From an uncultured Puniceicoccaceae bacterium (GTDB taxonomy: Bacteria; Verrucomicrobiota; Verrucomicrobiia; Opitutales; Oceanipulchritudinaceae): a stretch of 64,000 nt of DNA. Both the position numbers and the translations under genes were made by a program. Shown here in pieces: positions 1 through 10,163 of the stretch. The stretch covers positions 64,001 through 128,000 of the forward strand of contig CAWVVV010000003.1 in assembly GCA_963933835.1 (NCBI GenBank), in the 5' to 3' direction. Each line of letters begins with the position of its first letter. The first letter of the stretch is position 1. Below the pieces are notes generated by a model, which did not search any database, was not told where the DNA came from, and was given only the letters and a program-made list of their open reading frames with translations.

Positions 1-5
1 GATAG

Positions 6-776
6 GCGGCAGGGATAATCCAGTTTGTCTTTAACCTCACAGGCTACGGGATCGACCGCACCGAGCGTGACGATGTCCTCGCTACCCGAATCAACGCAGA
101 GATCCCGGCCATCCTTGCCCAAGCACTGGCTAAGATCGATCCCGACGGCTGGCCACACCAACGCCTTGTCCACATCGGCTCAGCCCTCGAATATGGCGAG
201 ATCAGTGGCGATCTATCCGAAGACTCCGAGACCGAAGCCACCACGCTTTACGGTCGGACCAAGCTCCAAGGCACGCTTGCTCTCCGCGAGGCAGCGCAGC
301 GCAGTGACCTACAAGCTCTCACAGCCCGCCTCTTCGCCGTCTACGGCCCTGGGCCGTCTACGGCCCTGGTGAGGCATGCCTCCCGCCTGCTCCCTACCCT
401 GATCAGTAAAGCTGGCTCTAGCGACGCCATCCCGCTCACCAATGGCCTTCAAAAGCGCGATTTCACTTTCGTAGGCGATGTTGCGGACAGTCTGATCCAA
501 CTAGGATGCGTAAAGACTGAGCTCGGCCAGGTCGTGAACCTCGCGAGCGGCACCCTTCAGAGTGTCCGACACTTTATCGAAGTTACCGCTGAGGTCAGTG
601 CCATCGAACGCCAACGGCTGAAATTCGGAGAGATCCCCACCCGACAGGAAGAAATGGTCCACGACCCTGTGAACAACGAGCGGCTTCGCGCCCTCACGGG
701 AAGTGCCCCCAGTAGCTCGATCCAGGAAGGCATTCGCCAAACCCTCGCGACGCCTTGGCCACACGAGATCGTTTAG
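6..776 (+). pseudogene. NAD-dependent epimerase/dehydratase, 5'-truncated fragment
   Basis: Frame 3 is open 6-776 (VFNLTGYG...VHIGSALEYG...YGRTK...VYGPG...RDFTFVGD). In-frame TAG at 3-5; no GxxGxxG and no start codon before 369. Confidence 0.75.
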
Positions 777-847
777 AGCTCATTGCATTTAGCTCTAGAT
801 TGCCATTGCATTGAAATTGCGCGGACTGCTTCACTTTGCGCCCTCCG

Positions 848-2251
848 ATGCAGCTTCATCTCCACAACACTTCAACTAAAGCGAACGAACCCGTCATCCC
901 GATCGACGGCCAAACCTATCGCTTCTATTGCTGCGGCCCGACGGTCTACGGGCCAGCACACATCGGCAACTTCCGTACCTTCGTCCTTCAGGATCTTTTT
1001 CGTCGTGTTCTCGAAGGCCTCGGCACGTCCACCTACCACGTGCGCAACATCACCGACGTAGACGACAAGACGATCCGTGGCGCCACTGCTGAAGGCGCTA
1101 CCCTCAAAGCCTTCACGAAGAAATGGCAGGACGCCTTCGAAGCCGACAGCGAGGGACTGAATATTATCCCTCCGCACGTTTCACCCTCTGCTATCGAGCA
1201 TATCCCCGAGCAGATCGAGCTCATCAGCGCGCTCATCGCCAAGGACCTCGCCTACCAGGCTGAGAATGGCTCCGTCTATTTCCGCATTTCCGCCTTCGAC
1301 GACTATGGCAAACTCTCCGGTCTTCAAATGGACGGCATGCGCCAAAACGCCGACCAGCGCCTCAACGAGTCTGACGAATACGACAAGGAAAGCTGGAACG
1401 ACTTTGCCATCTGGAAGTCATGGAAAGAAGAAGACGGCGCCAACCGCTGGGAAAGCCCTTGGGGTCCAGGTCGGCCCGGCTGGCACACCGAGTGCAGTGC
1501 CATGATCAAGCGCTACCTCGGAGACAGTTTCGATCTCCACTCCGGCGGCGTCGACCTCGTCTTTCCCCACCACGAAAATGAAATCGCGCAAAGCTGCGGC
1601 GCCCACGGTGGACATTTTGCCAAGCACTGGTTCCACATCGCTCACCTCCGCGTTGAAGGGCAAAAGATGAGCAAGTCCCTCGGCAACCTCCACACCCTCG
1701 AGGAAATCAAAGGTTGGGGATACACCGGCTCAGAGCTCCGCTACGTGCTCATCTCGGGCCACTACCGCCAGCCGCTCAACTTTACGCGCGATTCTCTTGG
1801 CGGTGCCCAGAATGCGATGAAGCGCCTGCGCAAGACGCTCGCAGCACTCAATCCGTCGAACGCGTCGCTTCCTGACAGCTCCGACTGGGGACGCTTCAGC
1901 CCCGTGATCGAAGCCCTCTGCGACGACCTCAACACCTCTAAAGCCTTCGGCCAGCTCCACACTGGCCTCGCTGATCTCGATAAAGCGATCAAAGCCGGAC
2001 TCAGCCCCGAAGTCGCCCTCGCCGAAGCCGCTGCCCTTAGCGCCGTCCTCGACATCCTCGGCCTCGACCCGAGTGAAGAAGCTGAAGCGAACAGCGACAT
2101 CCCAGCAGAGGTCATCGCTCTCGCTGAACAACGCCAAGCCGCCCGATCCGCCAAAGACTGGCCTGCAGCCGACGCCGCTCGCGACGCCATCAAAGCCGCT
2201 GGCTACCAACTCCAAGAAGGCCCCGACGGCTATAAACTTTTACCACTGTAG
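848..2251 (+). CDS. cysS: cysteine--tRNA ligase
   Basis: [29 protein letters not shown] and KMSKS motifs; ATG at 848 preferred over TTG 836. Confidence 0.98.
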   Translation: MQLHLHNTSTKANEPVIPIDGQTYRFYCCGPTVYGPAHIGNFRTFVLQDLFRRVLEGLGTSTYHVRNITDVDDKTIRGATAEGATLKAFTKKWQDAFEADSEGLNIIPPHVSPSAIEHIPEQIELISALIAKDLAYQAENGSVYFRISAFDDYGKLSGLQMDGMRQNADQRLNESDEYDKESWNDFAIWKSWKEEDGANRWESPWGPGRPGWHTECSAMIKRYLGDSFDLHSGGVDLVFPHHENEIAQSCGAHGGHFAKHWFHIAHLRVEGQKMSKSLGNLHTLEEIKGWGYTGSELRYVLISGHYRQPLNFTRDSLGGAQNAMKRLRKTLAALNPSNASLPDSSDWGRFSPVIEALCDDLNTSKAFGQLHTGLADLDKAIKAGLSPEVALAEAAALSAVLDILGLDPSEEAEANSDIPAEVIALAEQRQAARSAKDWPAADAARDAIKAAGYQLQEGPDGYKLLPL

Positions 2252-2265
2252 TTTAAAAAAAAGCA

Positions 2266-2345
2266 TTCACCACGGAGACACAGAGACCACAGAGAAGAGA
2301 GAAACGATTCATTAAATACTCCGTGCTCTCCGTACCTCTAGCGAA
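2266..2345. repeat. REP-like imperfect inverted repeat
   Basis: caccacggagacacagagaccacagag ... ctccgtgctctccgtacctct; the arms are partly complementary and lie just after the cysS stop. Confidence 0.5.
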
Positions 2346-2429
2346 GCGAGTGAGAAACACATTCAGAATAAGTTTTTGCGCCTTTTGTGGTTCCAATATA
2401 ATTTCAGTAATCTTCGTATCTACTTTACC

Positions 2430-2855
2430 ATGACAATTCTCGAAAAACGAGACGCCCTCAAAGAAGATCTCAGCTTCCTTCCCGATACTGAGGAACGCTT
2501 CCGCTACATCCTTGATCTAGGGCGCGGCTATGCGCCTCTCGCCGACGAGCTCAAAACGAAAGACCGCCTTCTCCCTGGCTGCCTCTCACAACTTTGGCTT
2601 GTCCCAGAATTCAAGGACGGCATCTGCTCCTTCGGAATGGACGCCGATGCCCATATCACCAAAGGCATCGCGTCGATGGTTTGTAACCTCTACAACGGCG
2701 AAACCCCCGAGAGCATCCTCTCGACCGATCTAGAATTCCTCAGCGAACTCGGCATCCCACAAGTCCTCTCCGCCAACCGCCGCAACGGCCTCTCCAATCT
2801 ACGGCACAAGATACGCAGCTTTGCAGTCGCAAGCGCGGCAGGTGCTAGCTCGTAA
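2430..2855 (+). CDS. sufE: SufE-family Fe-S cluster sulfur acceptor
   Basis: ERFRYILDLG, GCLSQLW (active Cys), DADAHITKG, LSANRRNGL. Confidence 0.92.
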   Translation: MTILEKRDALKEDLSFLPDTEERFRYILDLGRGYAPLADELKTKDRLLPGCLSQLWLVPEFKDGICSFGMDADAHITKGIASMVCNLYNGETPESILSTDLEFLSELGIPQVLSANRRNGLSNLRHKIRSFAVASAAGASS

Positions 2856-2897
2856 GAAACTGGATTTAACCGCAGATTACACAGATTTGCAGTTTAA

Positions 2898-3791
2898 GGC
2901 TTTCCCGTAAATGCGATGCTCACGGTCCCTCTGCGTGGGAGCAAATCGACGATCGGTGCTATTCAAGTTCTGAACAAGGAGATCATTGCCGATGAGAGCA
3001 CCTTTACTAAAGATGACCTAGCGCTCATCGAGGAAGTTGCCGAATACTCCGCGCCGCTCATCCAGCGCATGCTGGATCCAAATTTTGTCGTTAGCCCAAA
3101 CGACACGGCCAAGTTTGTTGCCCGCTTCACTGACAACGAACTGATCACGAGTGATGAAAATCTTCAAATCGATGAGAAGCTCATCGAAGTCGTAGGTGAC
3201 GCGATTATACGTCGCTCCGGCATCCTGCCCTACAAGCGCCTCGGCCCGAAGAACGGCGCCGTCCTGATGTCGAACCCGCTGGACTATCCCAGCCGCGAAT
3301 CTTTTCAAACGTCTACCGAATTGATCGTCGAAGAGGTCGCCGTCGCTCCCGCTACGTTGATCGACGCGATGCTTCGCAAATACCTCGGCGTCGATAACGA
3401 TTCATTAGCACCGGAGATATCTAACTCCGACATGGCAGAACTCACGGATGTCATCGACATGGAGTATGGTGAGAGCTCTGACGGCAGTGGCCACGGAGGC
3501 CAACTCGATAGCGAAGAGAGTGCGCCAATCATTCAGCTGGCGAATCGGATTATCGAAGATGCCTATGTTTGTGGAGTATCCGACATCCACATCGAACCTC
3601 AGGAAAATGATCTCATCGTCCGTTACCGGATCGACGGGGTGTGTGAAGAGAAGCTGCGCCTACCTTCCAAAGTAGCGGGTGCCCTCGTTGCTCGCATCAA
3701 GGTCATGGCCGAGCTCGATATCGCCGAAAAACGCCTCCCACAGGACGGCCGAATCATATTTAAGCGCTATACAAAGAAGAACATCGGGTAG
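2898..3791 (+). pseudogene. internal fragment of a GAF-domain PilB/GspE-type ATPase
   Basis: Starts in a GAF tail (MLTVPL..IGAIQVLNK); has SDIHIEP, RYRIDG and DIAEKRLPQDGRI, then stops before Walker A. Confidence 0.85.
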
Positions 3792-3886
3792 TCTGGCTTC
3801 GGACGCCCCATCTCCGCTGCATGCGCAGTATAGTTAAGTCCGATACCGTAGACCGCTGGAACGATTAGCGACTTCAGATCTGTCAT
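3767..3886 (-). pseudogene. N-terminal fragment of a fumarylacetoacetate-hydrolase-family protein
   Basis: Translates to MTDLKSLIVPAVYGIGLNYTAHAAEMGRPKPDYPMFFFV*; GLNY..H..E...P..P..F is the FAH-family start; begins 20 nt after the TPR gene stop. Confidence 0.75.
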
Positions 3887-3906
3887 ACCGATCTAGAAAA
3901 AGAAAC

Positions 3907-5283
3907 CTAGCCCGTCGAGGCAAGCGCTGCTTCAAGCGTGCGGATGTAATCGGCAACATAATCCCGTTCTTGTAGGATTTGAGCACGACGCAGGAGCTTG
4001 ATCGCTTCAGCATAGTCACGCTGTGAAACCTTCATCCGTGCCTGAGCAGTCAAAGCCTTTACTTCATAGTCTGCTACTTTTTCAGCCGCCTCGTAAGCAA
4101 ACGTAGCCCGAACTAAATCGCCCTTGGTTCGATAAAAGTCACCAAGTGTGAGTTGCGCTTCACCGTTTAACGGATCGCGCTTAACGACATCCTGCAATAC
4201 ATCGAAGGCTACCTCTGCCTTTCCGAGCGCAAGCGCTGTGCGCGCCTGAAGCGTCAATAGATCCAGTTCTTGATCAGGCGTAAGGTCTCCAATCGAATTA
4301 CTCGTGAGCTCTTCAATCAGCGTCTCTGCTTGTTCATTCATAGCACGCGATAGCAGACCGCGCACTAAGTTTATCTTACGATCCGACGATAAATCTTCTT
4401 TTGCAGAAACCTCGAGGTAAACCTCCACAGCCTCATTAGCCATGTTTTCGTTGAGAAAAAGGTCGCCAAGCAAAACTAGAGCAGGCGTCGAGGCTTTGCC
4501 TTCACCCCGCAGCAGATTCAGATTAGCAATGGCATCTTCATACCGCTGAAGCGCGAGGAAGCTATTCGCCTGCTTCATCCACAAATCCGAGTTCTCGGGC
4601 ATATCGAGAAGGAGCTCATCTATGTAACGAGCTGCATCCCCAGAATCACCCGTTGCTACGAGCGCGTTAAGCTTACCAAGACGCCAGTCGTTACTATCAG
4701 GCTCAAAAAGCAGCGCATTCCGATAAGCATCGAGCGCAGTCTCGGGTCTGTCTGTATTTAAATAGCTGTATCCAATCAGTCCATACAGGCCACCATTTCC
4801 GCCTCCGATTTCGAGTGCTTTTGTCAGATAGGTAACCGCATTGGAATAGTCGCCTTTCTGGACGTAGGCTAAGCCCAAATTCTGGTAGGCTCGATAGAAA
4901 TTCGGGAACGCTTTGATCGCTGCTAGATATTTTGGGATCGCTGGATCAATCAATCCATTTTGCAGGTAAAGACTCGCTATAAAGTAATCGAGCGCGGGGC
5001 TGACGTCTTTCCTTTCCACTGCTGCCTGCCCCTTAAACGCTTTAATTCTATTTATCGCTAGCTGATAGTTCGTCTGCATCAACGGAGCAATCGCCTGCAA
5101 GAGCGTCCCTTCATCCTGGGAGATTTGTGGGCTGATCGTCTGATCTGCGGCGTAAGTACCAACAAAGCGTTTCACGAAATCCGGATTATTGAAGGAGTTT
5201 TCCGTCAACGGATAGGTGCTCTCAATGGCAAACGCCGGAGAAAGAGCAATGAACAGTGATATGAGTGATATATAAGATTTCAT
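3907..5283 (-). CDS. exported tetratricopeptide-repeat protein of the TonB operon
   Basis: Signal peptide and multiple TPR-like repeats; directly follows tonB. Confidence 0.88.
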   Translation of the reverse strand: MKSYISLISLFIALSPAFAIESTYPLTENSFNNPDFVKRFVGTYAADQTISPQISQDEGTLLQAIAPLMQTNYQLAINRIKAFKGQAAVERKDVSPALDYFIASLYLQNGLIDPAIPKYLAAIKAFPNFYRAYQNLGLAYVQKGDYSNAVTYLTKALEIGGGNGGLYGLIGYSYLNTDRPETALDAYRNALLFEPDSNDWRLGKLNALVATGDSGDAARYIDELLLDMPENSDLWMKQANSFLALQRYEDAIANLNLLRGEGKASTPALVLLGDLFLNENMANEAVEVYLEVSAKEDLSSDRKINLVRGLLSRAMNEQAETLIEELTSNSIGDLTPDQELDLLTLQARTALALGKAEVAFDVLQDVVKRDPLNGEAQLTLGDFYRTKGDLVRATFAYEAAEKVADYEVKALTAQARMKVSQRDYAEAIKLLRRAQILQERDYVADYIRTLEAALASTG

Positions 5284-5293
5284 GTTCTAAATT

Positions 5294-5974
5294 CTACCTT
5301 CCTACATTCCAACCAACCGGCACGATATAGCGCGCTCTCACTGGTTCTCCATTTTTCTTCGGTGGGGTCCAACGGATCGTTTCAACAAAATCGACTGCAT
5401 CGGACGAAAAGCGTGTAGGGTCGGCATCGAGGACCTTAATTGCCGTCGTTATACCCTGTTCGTCGATCTGTACCTCAATGCGATACCGCCCATTCAAACG
5501 CGCTTGCTTCGCCTGAATTGGTGCATCCATGCGATAGTTACCAAGAGGCCTAGGGAGTTCATCCAGATCCTTGACGTCAAAGAGCATGATATCCTCGACA
5601 GCATTTGGCTGAACGGCGAAGCCGCCGAAGCCAAAACCATCGCCCATCGCATCCCCTACTCCGGCTTCCAGTGCAACGTCTAGTTGAGCTAGACTTATAG
5701 GTGGCGGAGGCTCACTCATTTCTGGCGGAGGCTCTTCCGGTGGGGGTTCCTCAGGCGGTTCCTCAAAGTCTGGCGGAGGCGGGGGCGGAGGCGGAACCAC
5801 ATCGATCGCCATCAATTCCGGCTTACCATCTACTAATCCCGAAATAAACTGAGTAAAGGGTATCAGGAGCAAAATCAGCGCCGTCAATATGCCCGCATAG
5901 GCAACCACTCGACCCAGCGCCGGCGTCATGCTCGGCGGCTCGTAACTCGGTGGTGGCTCAGTTGGCGATGTCAT
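5294..5974 (-). CDS. tonB: TonB-family energy transducer
   Basis: N-terminal TM helix, Pro/Glu-rich linker, TonB C-terminal domain (WTPPKKNGEPV). Confidence 0.88.
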   Translation of the reverse strand: MTSPTEPPPSYEPPSMTPALGRVVAYAGILTALILLLIPFTQFISGLVDGKPELMAIDVVPPPPPPPPDFEEPPEEPPPEEPPPEMSEPPPPISLAQLDVALEAGVGDAMGDGFGFGGFAVQPNAVEDIMLFDVKDLDELPRPLGNYRMDAPIQAKQARLNGRYRIEVQIDEQGITTAIKVLDADPTRFSSDAVDFVETIRWTPPKKNGEPVRARYIVPVGWNVGR

Positions 5975-5995
5975 TACAAATCAACTACAAAAGTG

Positions 5996-6394
5996 CTATT
6001 TGGTGGCTAAATTCACAAGATTGGCTCCGCCAAGTTTAGCCTCATCTAACACCCGAGCAAGGAGCTCCACGCTCACCGTTTTATCAGCTTGGATGATAAC
6101 AGGCATGTCGTCTTGTTGAACAAGCCGACGGACGGTTGACCGCACACCCGATGGGCCGATTTCTCGGCCTCCATACACCACTTTCCCTTCTGCCGTAATA
6201 GCGATGAGGATACTGTTCTTATCTAGGTCCGTTGCACTGGAGGCCTGAGGCTTATTCACCTCTACTCCAGTCTCTTCAACAAATACCGTCGTAACGATAA
6301 AGAAGATAAGGAGGATGAATACCATATCGATGAGTGGAGAGATATTAATCTCATCGGAACCACCGTCATCAGAAAATCTGCGTTTGATCGCCAT
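5996..6394 (-). CDS. exbD: biopolymer transporter ExbD
   Basis: [21 protein letters not shown] and IQADK. Confidence 0.95.
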   Translation of the reverse strand: MAIKRRFSDDGGSDEINISPLIDMVFILLIFFIVTTVFVEETGVEVNKPQASSATDLDKNSILIAITAEGKVVYGGREIGPSGVRSTVRRLVQQDDMPVIIQADKTVSVELLARVLDEAKLGGANLVNLATK

Positions 6395-6409
6395 AATCGT
6401 ATCAAAGAT

Positions 6410-7009
6410 TTAAATACGCCCTTCCTGTTTCAGGTGACGGAGTGTGAGGATTTCGACCTGCATAAGAAAAGCATCGAAGGCTTGTTCGCGCTTACGCAGG
6501 CTACTAAGAAAAACGTATCCAGGTATCGCCAAGATGAGTCCAGTCTGAGTCGTAATGAGTGCTTCGGAAATACCCCCAGCAACAACATCCACCGCCTGAA
6601 CTCCGACTGAGTTTGCCAACCCGCTGAAGGTCGCCAACATACCAACCACTGTTCCAAGGAGCCCCATGAGCGGCGCGACACCGACCAAAACCGCTGCGTA
6701 TCGAATCCGAGCGGCTATGCGGGTGAAATGCGTTGAGCGTATTTCAGCGACTCGGCCGCGCACCTCGGACTCACTCATTACCCCTTGTTGAGCGTAGCGA
6801 ATGATATTTCCCGTCGGCCCCTTTGAATCCTCCGGACGTTCGATCCAGTGCTGCCAATGATTGGCATCAAGCCGTTGGTAATCATTTCGGTTAAAGTATA
6901 CCCACAGCTCAAAAATAGCGAAATACATCAGAAAGGCCAGAATAGCCAAAGGGATCATTAGCCAACCACCGGCGACCCAAATCTCTACTATCTGATTTAC
7001 AAATTCCAT
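6410..7009 (-). CDS. exbB: MotA/TolQ/ExbB proton channel
   Basis: APLMGLLGTVVGM and GISEALITTQTGL. Confidence 0.92.
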   Translation of the reverse strand: MEFVNQIVEIWVAGGWLMIPLAILAFLMYFAIFELWVYFNRNDYQRLDANHWQHWIERPEDSKGPTGNIIRYAQQGVMSESEVRGRVAEIRSTHFTRIAARIRYAAVLVGVAPLMGLLGTVVGMLATFSGLANSVGVQAVDVVAGGISEALITTQTGLILAIPGYVFLSSLRKREQAFDAFLMQVEILTLRHLKQEGRI

Positions 7010-7044
7010 TTTCGAAATGCGCTAGTGAACCTTCTTCGACACCT

Positions 7045-8400
7045 CTATTTGGAAGCGCTGATGCCGTTCACGAAACTCATCGCTAGCTTCTCTAAGTTCG
7101 AGAGCGTACTCTTCGCAAAGCGGTTTAAGATCGCGAAGGCGATGAGCGAAGGAATCGCAACGACGAGACCGAACTCTGTCGTAATGAGCGCTTCTGAGAT
7201 ACCCCCTGAGAGCTGCTTCGCATCCCCGGTTCCAAAAATCGTGATGAGCTTAAAGGTGTTGATCATACCGGTCACGGTTCCAAGAAGACCCAATAGCGGT
7301 GCCGTAGCAGCCGTGACTTGGACGATTGGAAGCAGGCGTTCAAGCTTAGGCTGAATCTCGACGATTTTCTCGACCAAGACTTCTTCGAGAAGCTCTTTCG
7401 ATTCACCCGAGGACTCCAAGCCGGCCAGGATCATTTCGCTGGCTGTCTTTGGTAGCGCCCTCGCCTTTTCCTCTGCTGCAGCCATGTTGCCAGCGCGCAC
7501 TTCAACAACCACGTCGCGCACGGAAACGCCTTTTTCAACCTTCATTCGCCAGATCTCGAAGAACTTGAAAACGGAGATAGAAAAGGAAACCAGTGCAAAA
7601 CCGAGGATCGGATAAATCCAGATACCACCCTTCTGGATGTGCTCAAGCAGAGTCTCGTGGGTTGCTTCAATCGCGATCGCGCGACCCATGGTCGGATCTG
7701 ACGGCAAAAAGCCTTCCGAGGTACTTGCTAGCGTCGCGAGCGAAGAGGCCGCGTCAGGAATCGCGTAAAGGCGAGGGATGTCTGTCTTACCTTCGAGAAG
7801 AAGGCCACCGGTGCTTCCATCCGTAAAGTAAGCCGTAGGACCGAACAGGATGACCTCTCCATCCAGCACCGCGTTTCCAGCAACAGCGCTGCCATCAATA
7901 ACGGCTCCACCAATATTGAGATCCACGTGGGCGAGACCACTTTCCACTCCATCGAATAAAATCCCCCACTTTTGACTGTCGTCCAGCTCAGGGTCATCAA
8001 CCGCAACAAAGGCTTTTGAAAGCGCATCGATCGCCGCAGGAAGCTCTGCTGGGTGCAGGCGAGACTCTAAGGAACGGAGATATTCGAGCGCCAGATTCGT
8101 GAGGTAGTCGATCTCGTCTTGGCGAGCTTTGACGTCGGCCACGAGCGAGTTCAAATCGAGCGCCGAGGCATCATTGATCCGTCTCGTCCGAGCCGCTTCG
8201 TCGCGGAGGCCATTCACCTCGTCCTGAAGTTGGCCGAGTTTTAGAGCGAGCGGAATTCTATCGTCCGCGATCACCTCGCGTTGGTCGCTGAGCTCAGCAA
8301 GCGCCGTGCTGACGTCACCCGTCGTAGACTGAGCGTGCAGGGAGAGACTGCTAATCGCTAGAGCGACGGCAGAAGAGAAAAGGAAACGAGACAAAGTCAT
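7045..8400 (-). CDS. long ExbB-like protein with periplasmic coiled coil (TtpC-like)
   Basis: Signal peptide, coiled coil, C-terminal APLLGLLGTVTGM and GISEALITTEFGL. Confidence 0.88.
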   Translation of the reverse strand: MTLSRFLFSSAVALAISSLSLHAQSTTGDVSTALAELSDQREVIADDRIPLALKLGQLQDEVNGLRDEAARTRRINDASALDLNSLVADVKARQDEIDYLTNLALEYLRSLESRLHPAELPAAIDALSKAFVAVDDPELDDSQKWGILFDGVESGLAHVDLNIGGAVIDGSAVAGNAVLDGEVILFGPTAYFTDGSTGGLLLEGKTDIPRLYAIPDAASSLATLASTSEGFLPSDPTMGRAIAIEATHETLLEHIQKGGIWIYPILGFALVSFSISVFKFFEIWRMKVEKGVSVRDVVVEVRAGNMAAAEEKARALPKTASEMILAGLESSGESKELLEEVLVEKIVEIQPKLERLLPIVQVTAATAPLLGLLGTVTGMINTFKLITIFGTGDAKQLSGGISEALITTEFGLVVAIPSLIAFAILNRFAKSTLSNLEKLAMSFVNGISASK

Positions 8401-9170
8401 TATTGGATAGAGACTGGAAGTTCAACAAACGCAGCTTCACTCAAACTTGCATAGACATCGAGAGCGGCAAGGATCGCATCCGTGTGCTCTGGAGTTTCGC
8501 GACACTCCCAACCGGCAGGCGTCGGAACTAAGATCCCTGCTGTTTCTCCGGCAGGGTCAGCGTAAATCGCACCACCGAGCCCGAAGTAGATCGTCTGAAC
8601 AATTACGCTGCCACTCGGAAGTTCGCGGTTTTCGGACTGATCCGTGATTACAGAGTTAAATTTATCGGCTTGAGAAAGAATACCCACGACCGTCTGGAGT
8701 CGCTCGGACAACGACTGCCGTGTCGATGCTCCAGGTTTTGGCAAACGATTGTAGAGTGGTGATACGGTCTCTCTGAGTGGCACTGGAAAGCGTTCGCAGA
8801 GTGACATCACAGAGGACTCAAGGGCTGGGAGCGAGGACTCAAGCGATGCCGTCGCTGCACGCAGTTCATCTCTCGAAGTCTCTAGCTCTGAGCGCTTCGT
8901 ATCTGCCGTGCTCACAGCCGATTTGCCAAGTTCGATACGATCCGAGAGGTCGCCCTTCTCCTGTTCGAGAACACGGATCATATCTTCAACGACCGCCTTC
9001 TCCACTTTCCATTCGGAGCGCTCTTCGCTCAGGATCTTTTGGATATGGATCCACTCTTTCATTTCATCGCGGCGCTCTGCAGGGGACTGCGCCGCAAGAT
9101 TGAGAGCGAAGATGAATGTAATAAGAGACAAAAAGAGTAAGCCAGATTTCTTGGGTATCCTTCGATTCAT
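8400..9170 (-). CDS. DUF3450-like periplasmic coiled-coil protein
   Basis: Signal peptide, coiled coil, first gene of a TonB2-type operon; ATG at 9170 chosen. Confidence 0.75.
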   Translation of the reverse strand: MNRRIPKKSGLLFLSLITFIFALNLAAQSPAERRDEMKEWIHIQKILSEERSEWKVEKAVVEDMIRVLEQEKGDLSDRIELGKSAVSTADTKRSELETSRDELRAATASLESSLPALESSVMSLCERFPVPLRETVSPLYNRLPKPGASTRQSLSERLQTVVGILSQADKFNSVITDQSENRELPSGSVIVQTIYFGLGGAIYADPAGETAGILVPTPAGWECRETPEHTDAILAALDVYASLSEAAFVELPVSIQ

Positions 9171-9455
9171 GCGTATATTTTCTCCAGCGGGAACCGCACC
9201 AATCAACTGTGATCAATTGAGCTCCGCGCGCTGCAAGAGAGTGTAAGCACACCCTCTTAGCCAAGATAATTTTTTGGACTCGGCTTAGGAGCGAGAGTTA
9301 AAGCTAAAGTGAATACTAATTCTATTTATGCAGCCAAACGACAATTGTCTCCTTTCTGATCGCTTAGCCAAATTTGGCAGATTCCCATTTTGCTCAGTGA
9401 ATTGCTTGGGACTTGTCAGATGCCCCCAATGAGGCCTATTCCAGCTAGCCAGAGT

Positions 9456-10163
9456 ATGGAAAATCCAAACGAGGAACTGGCCGAGGGCTTATACGTGGTG
9501 GGGACTCCGATCGGAAACCTCGGCGACATTAGCCCGAGGGCGCGCCAAATTCTGAATACCGTCGACACCGTCCTTTGCGAAGACACCCGCGTAAGCCGTA
9601 AACTCTTCGCCTCCGAGGAGACGTGCCCACCGCTTCGGCCGCTACATGATCACAACGAAGCCGCCCTCGCCACTCAAATCCTGAGCGAACTGAAAGCAGG
9701 CAAGCGCCTCGCTTTGATCAGCGATGCGGGCATGCCGACTGTCAGCGACCCCGGTTTCCGTGTTGTTCGTGCCTGTCGGCGAGAAGGGGTAACCGTCCAC
9801 GCCGTCCCAGGCCCAAGCGCGCTGACAACTGCGCTCGCGGTATCAGGTCTCCCAAGTGATCAGTTCGCTTTTTTCGGATTTTTGCCTCCCAAAAGCGCCG
9901 CACGGAGAAAAAACCTCGAAGTGCACCGTGAGAGCGAGGCCACCTTGATCTATTTTGAATCCACTCACCGAATCGAAAAGTTTGTTGGCGACATCATTCA
10001 AGTGCTGGGACCGGAACGCACAATCTGCGTCGCCCGCGAGCTCACAAAACGCTTCGAAAGTGTCCTCAGTGGTCCCGCAGGTGAAGTCCAGACCCGGCTC
10101 AGCAAAGGCAGCACAAAAGGAGAATTCGTCGTCCTCATCGCAAAAGCATCTTACGAACTATGA
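9456..10163 (+). CDS. rsmI: 16S rRNA C1402 2'-O-methyltransferase
   Basis: LYVVGTPIGNLGDIS, CEDTR, SDAGMPTVSDPG, RELTKRFE, KGEFVV. Confidence 0.96.
   Translation: MENPNEELAEGLYVVGTPIGNLGDISPRARQILNTVDTVLCEDTRVSRKLFASEETCPPLRPLHDHNEAALATQILSELKAGKRLALISDAGMPTVSDPGFRVVRACRREGVTVHAVPGPSALTTALAVSGLPSDQFAFFGFLPPKSAARRKNLEVHRESEATLIYFESTHRIEKFVGDIIQVLGPERTICVARELTKRFESVLSGPAGEVQTRLSKGSTKGEFVVLIAKASYEL

Noticed and set aside
1730..2215. Long antisense ORFs here and opposite hom, prfB, the ketosynthase and fbaA
   Set aside because: Shadow frames of well-supported genes with no motifs of their own.
5700..5800. GGC/GGA-rich low-complexity repeat
   Set aside because: It encodes the TonB proline linker.
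9300..9335. Fur box upstream of the TonB operon
   Set aside because: Only a weak AT-rich resemblance to the consensus.
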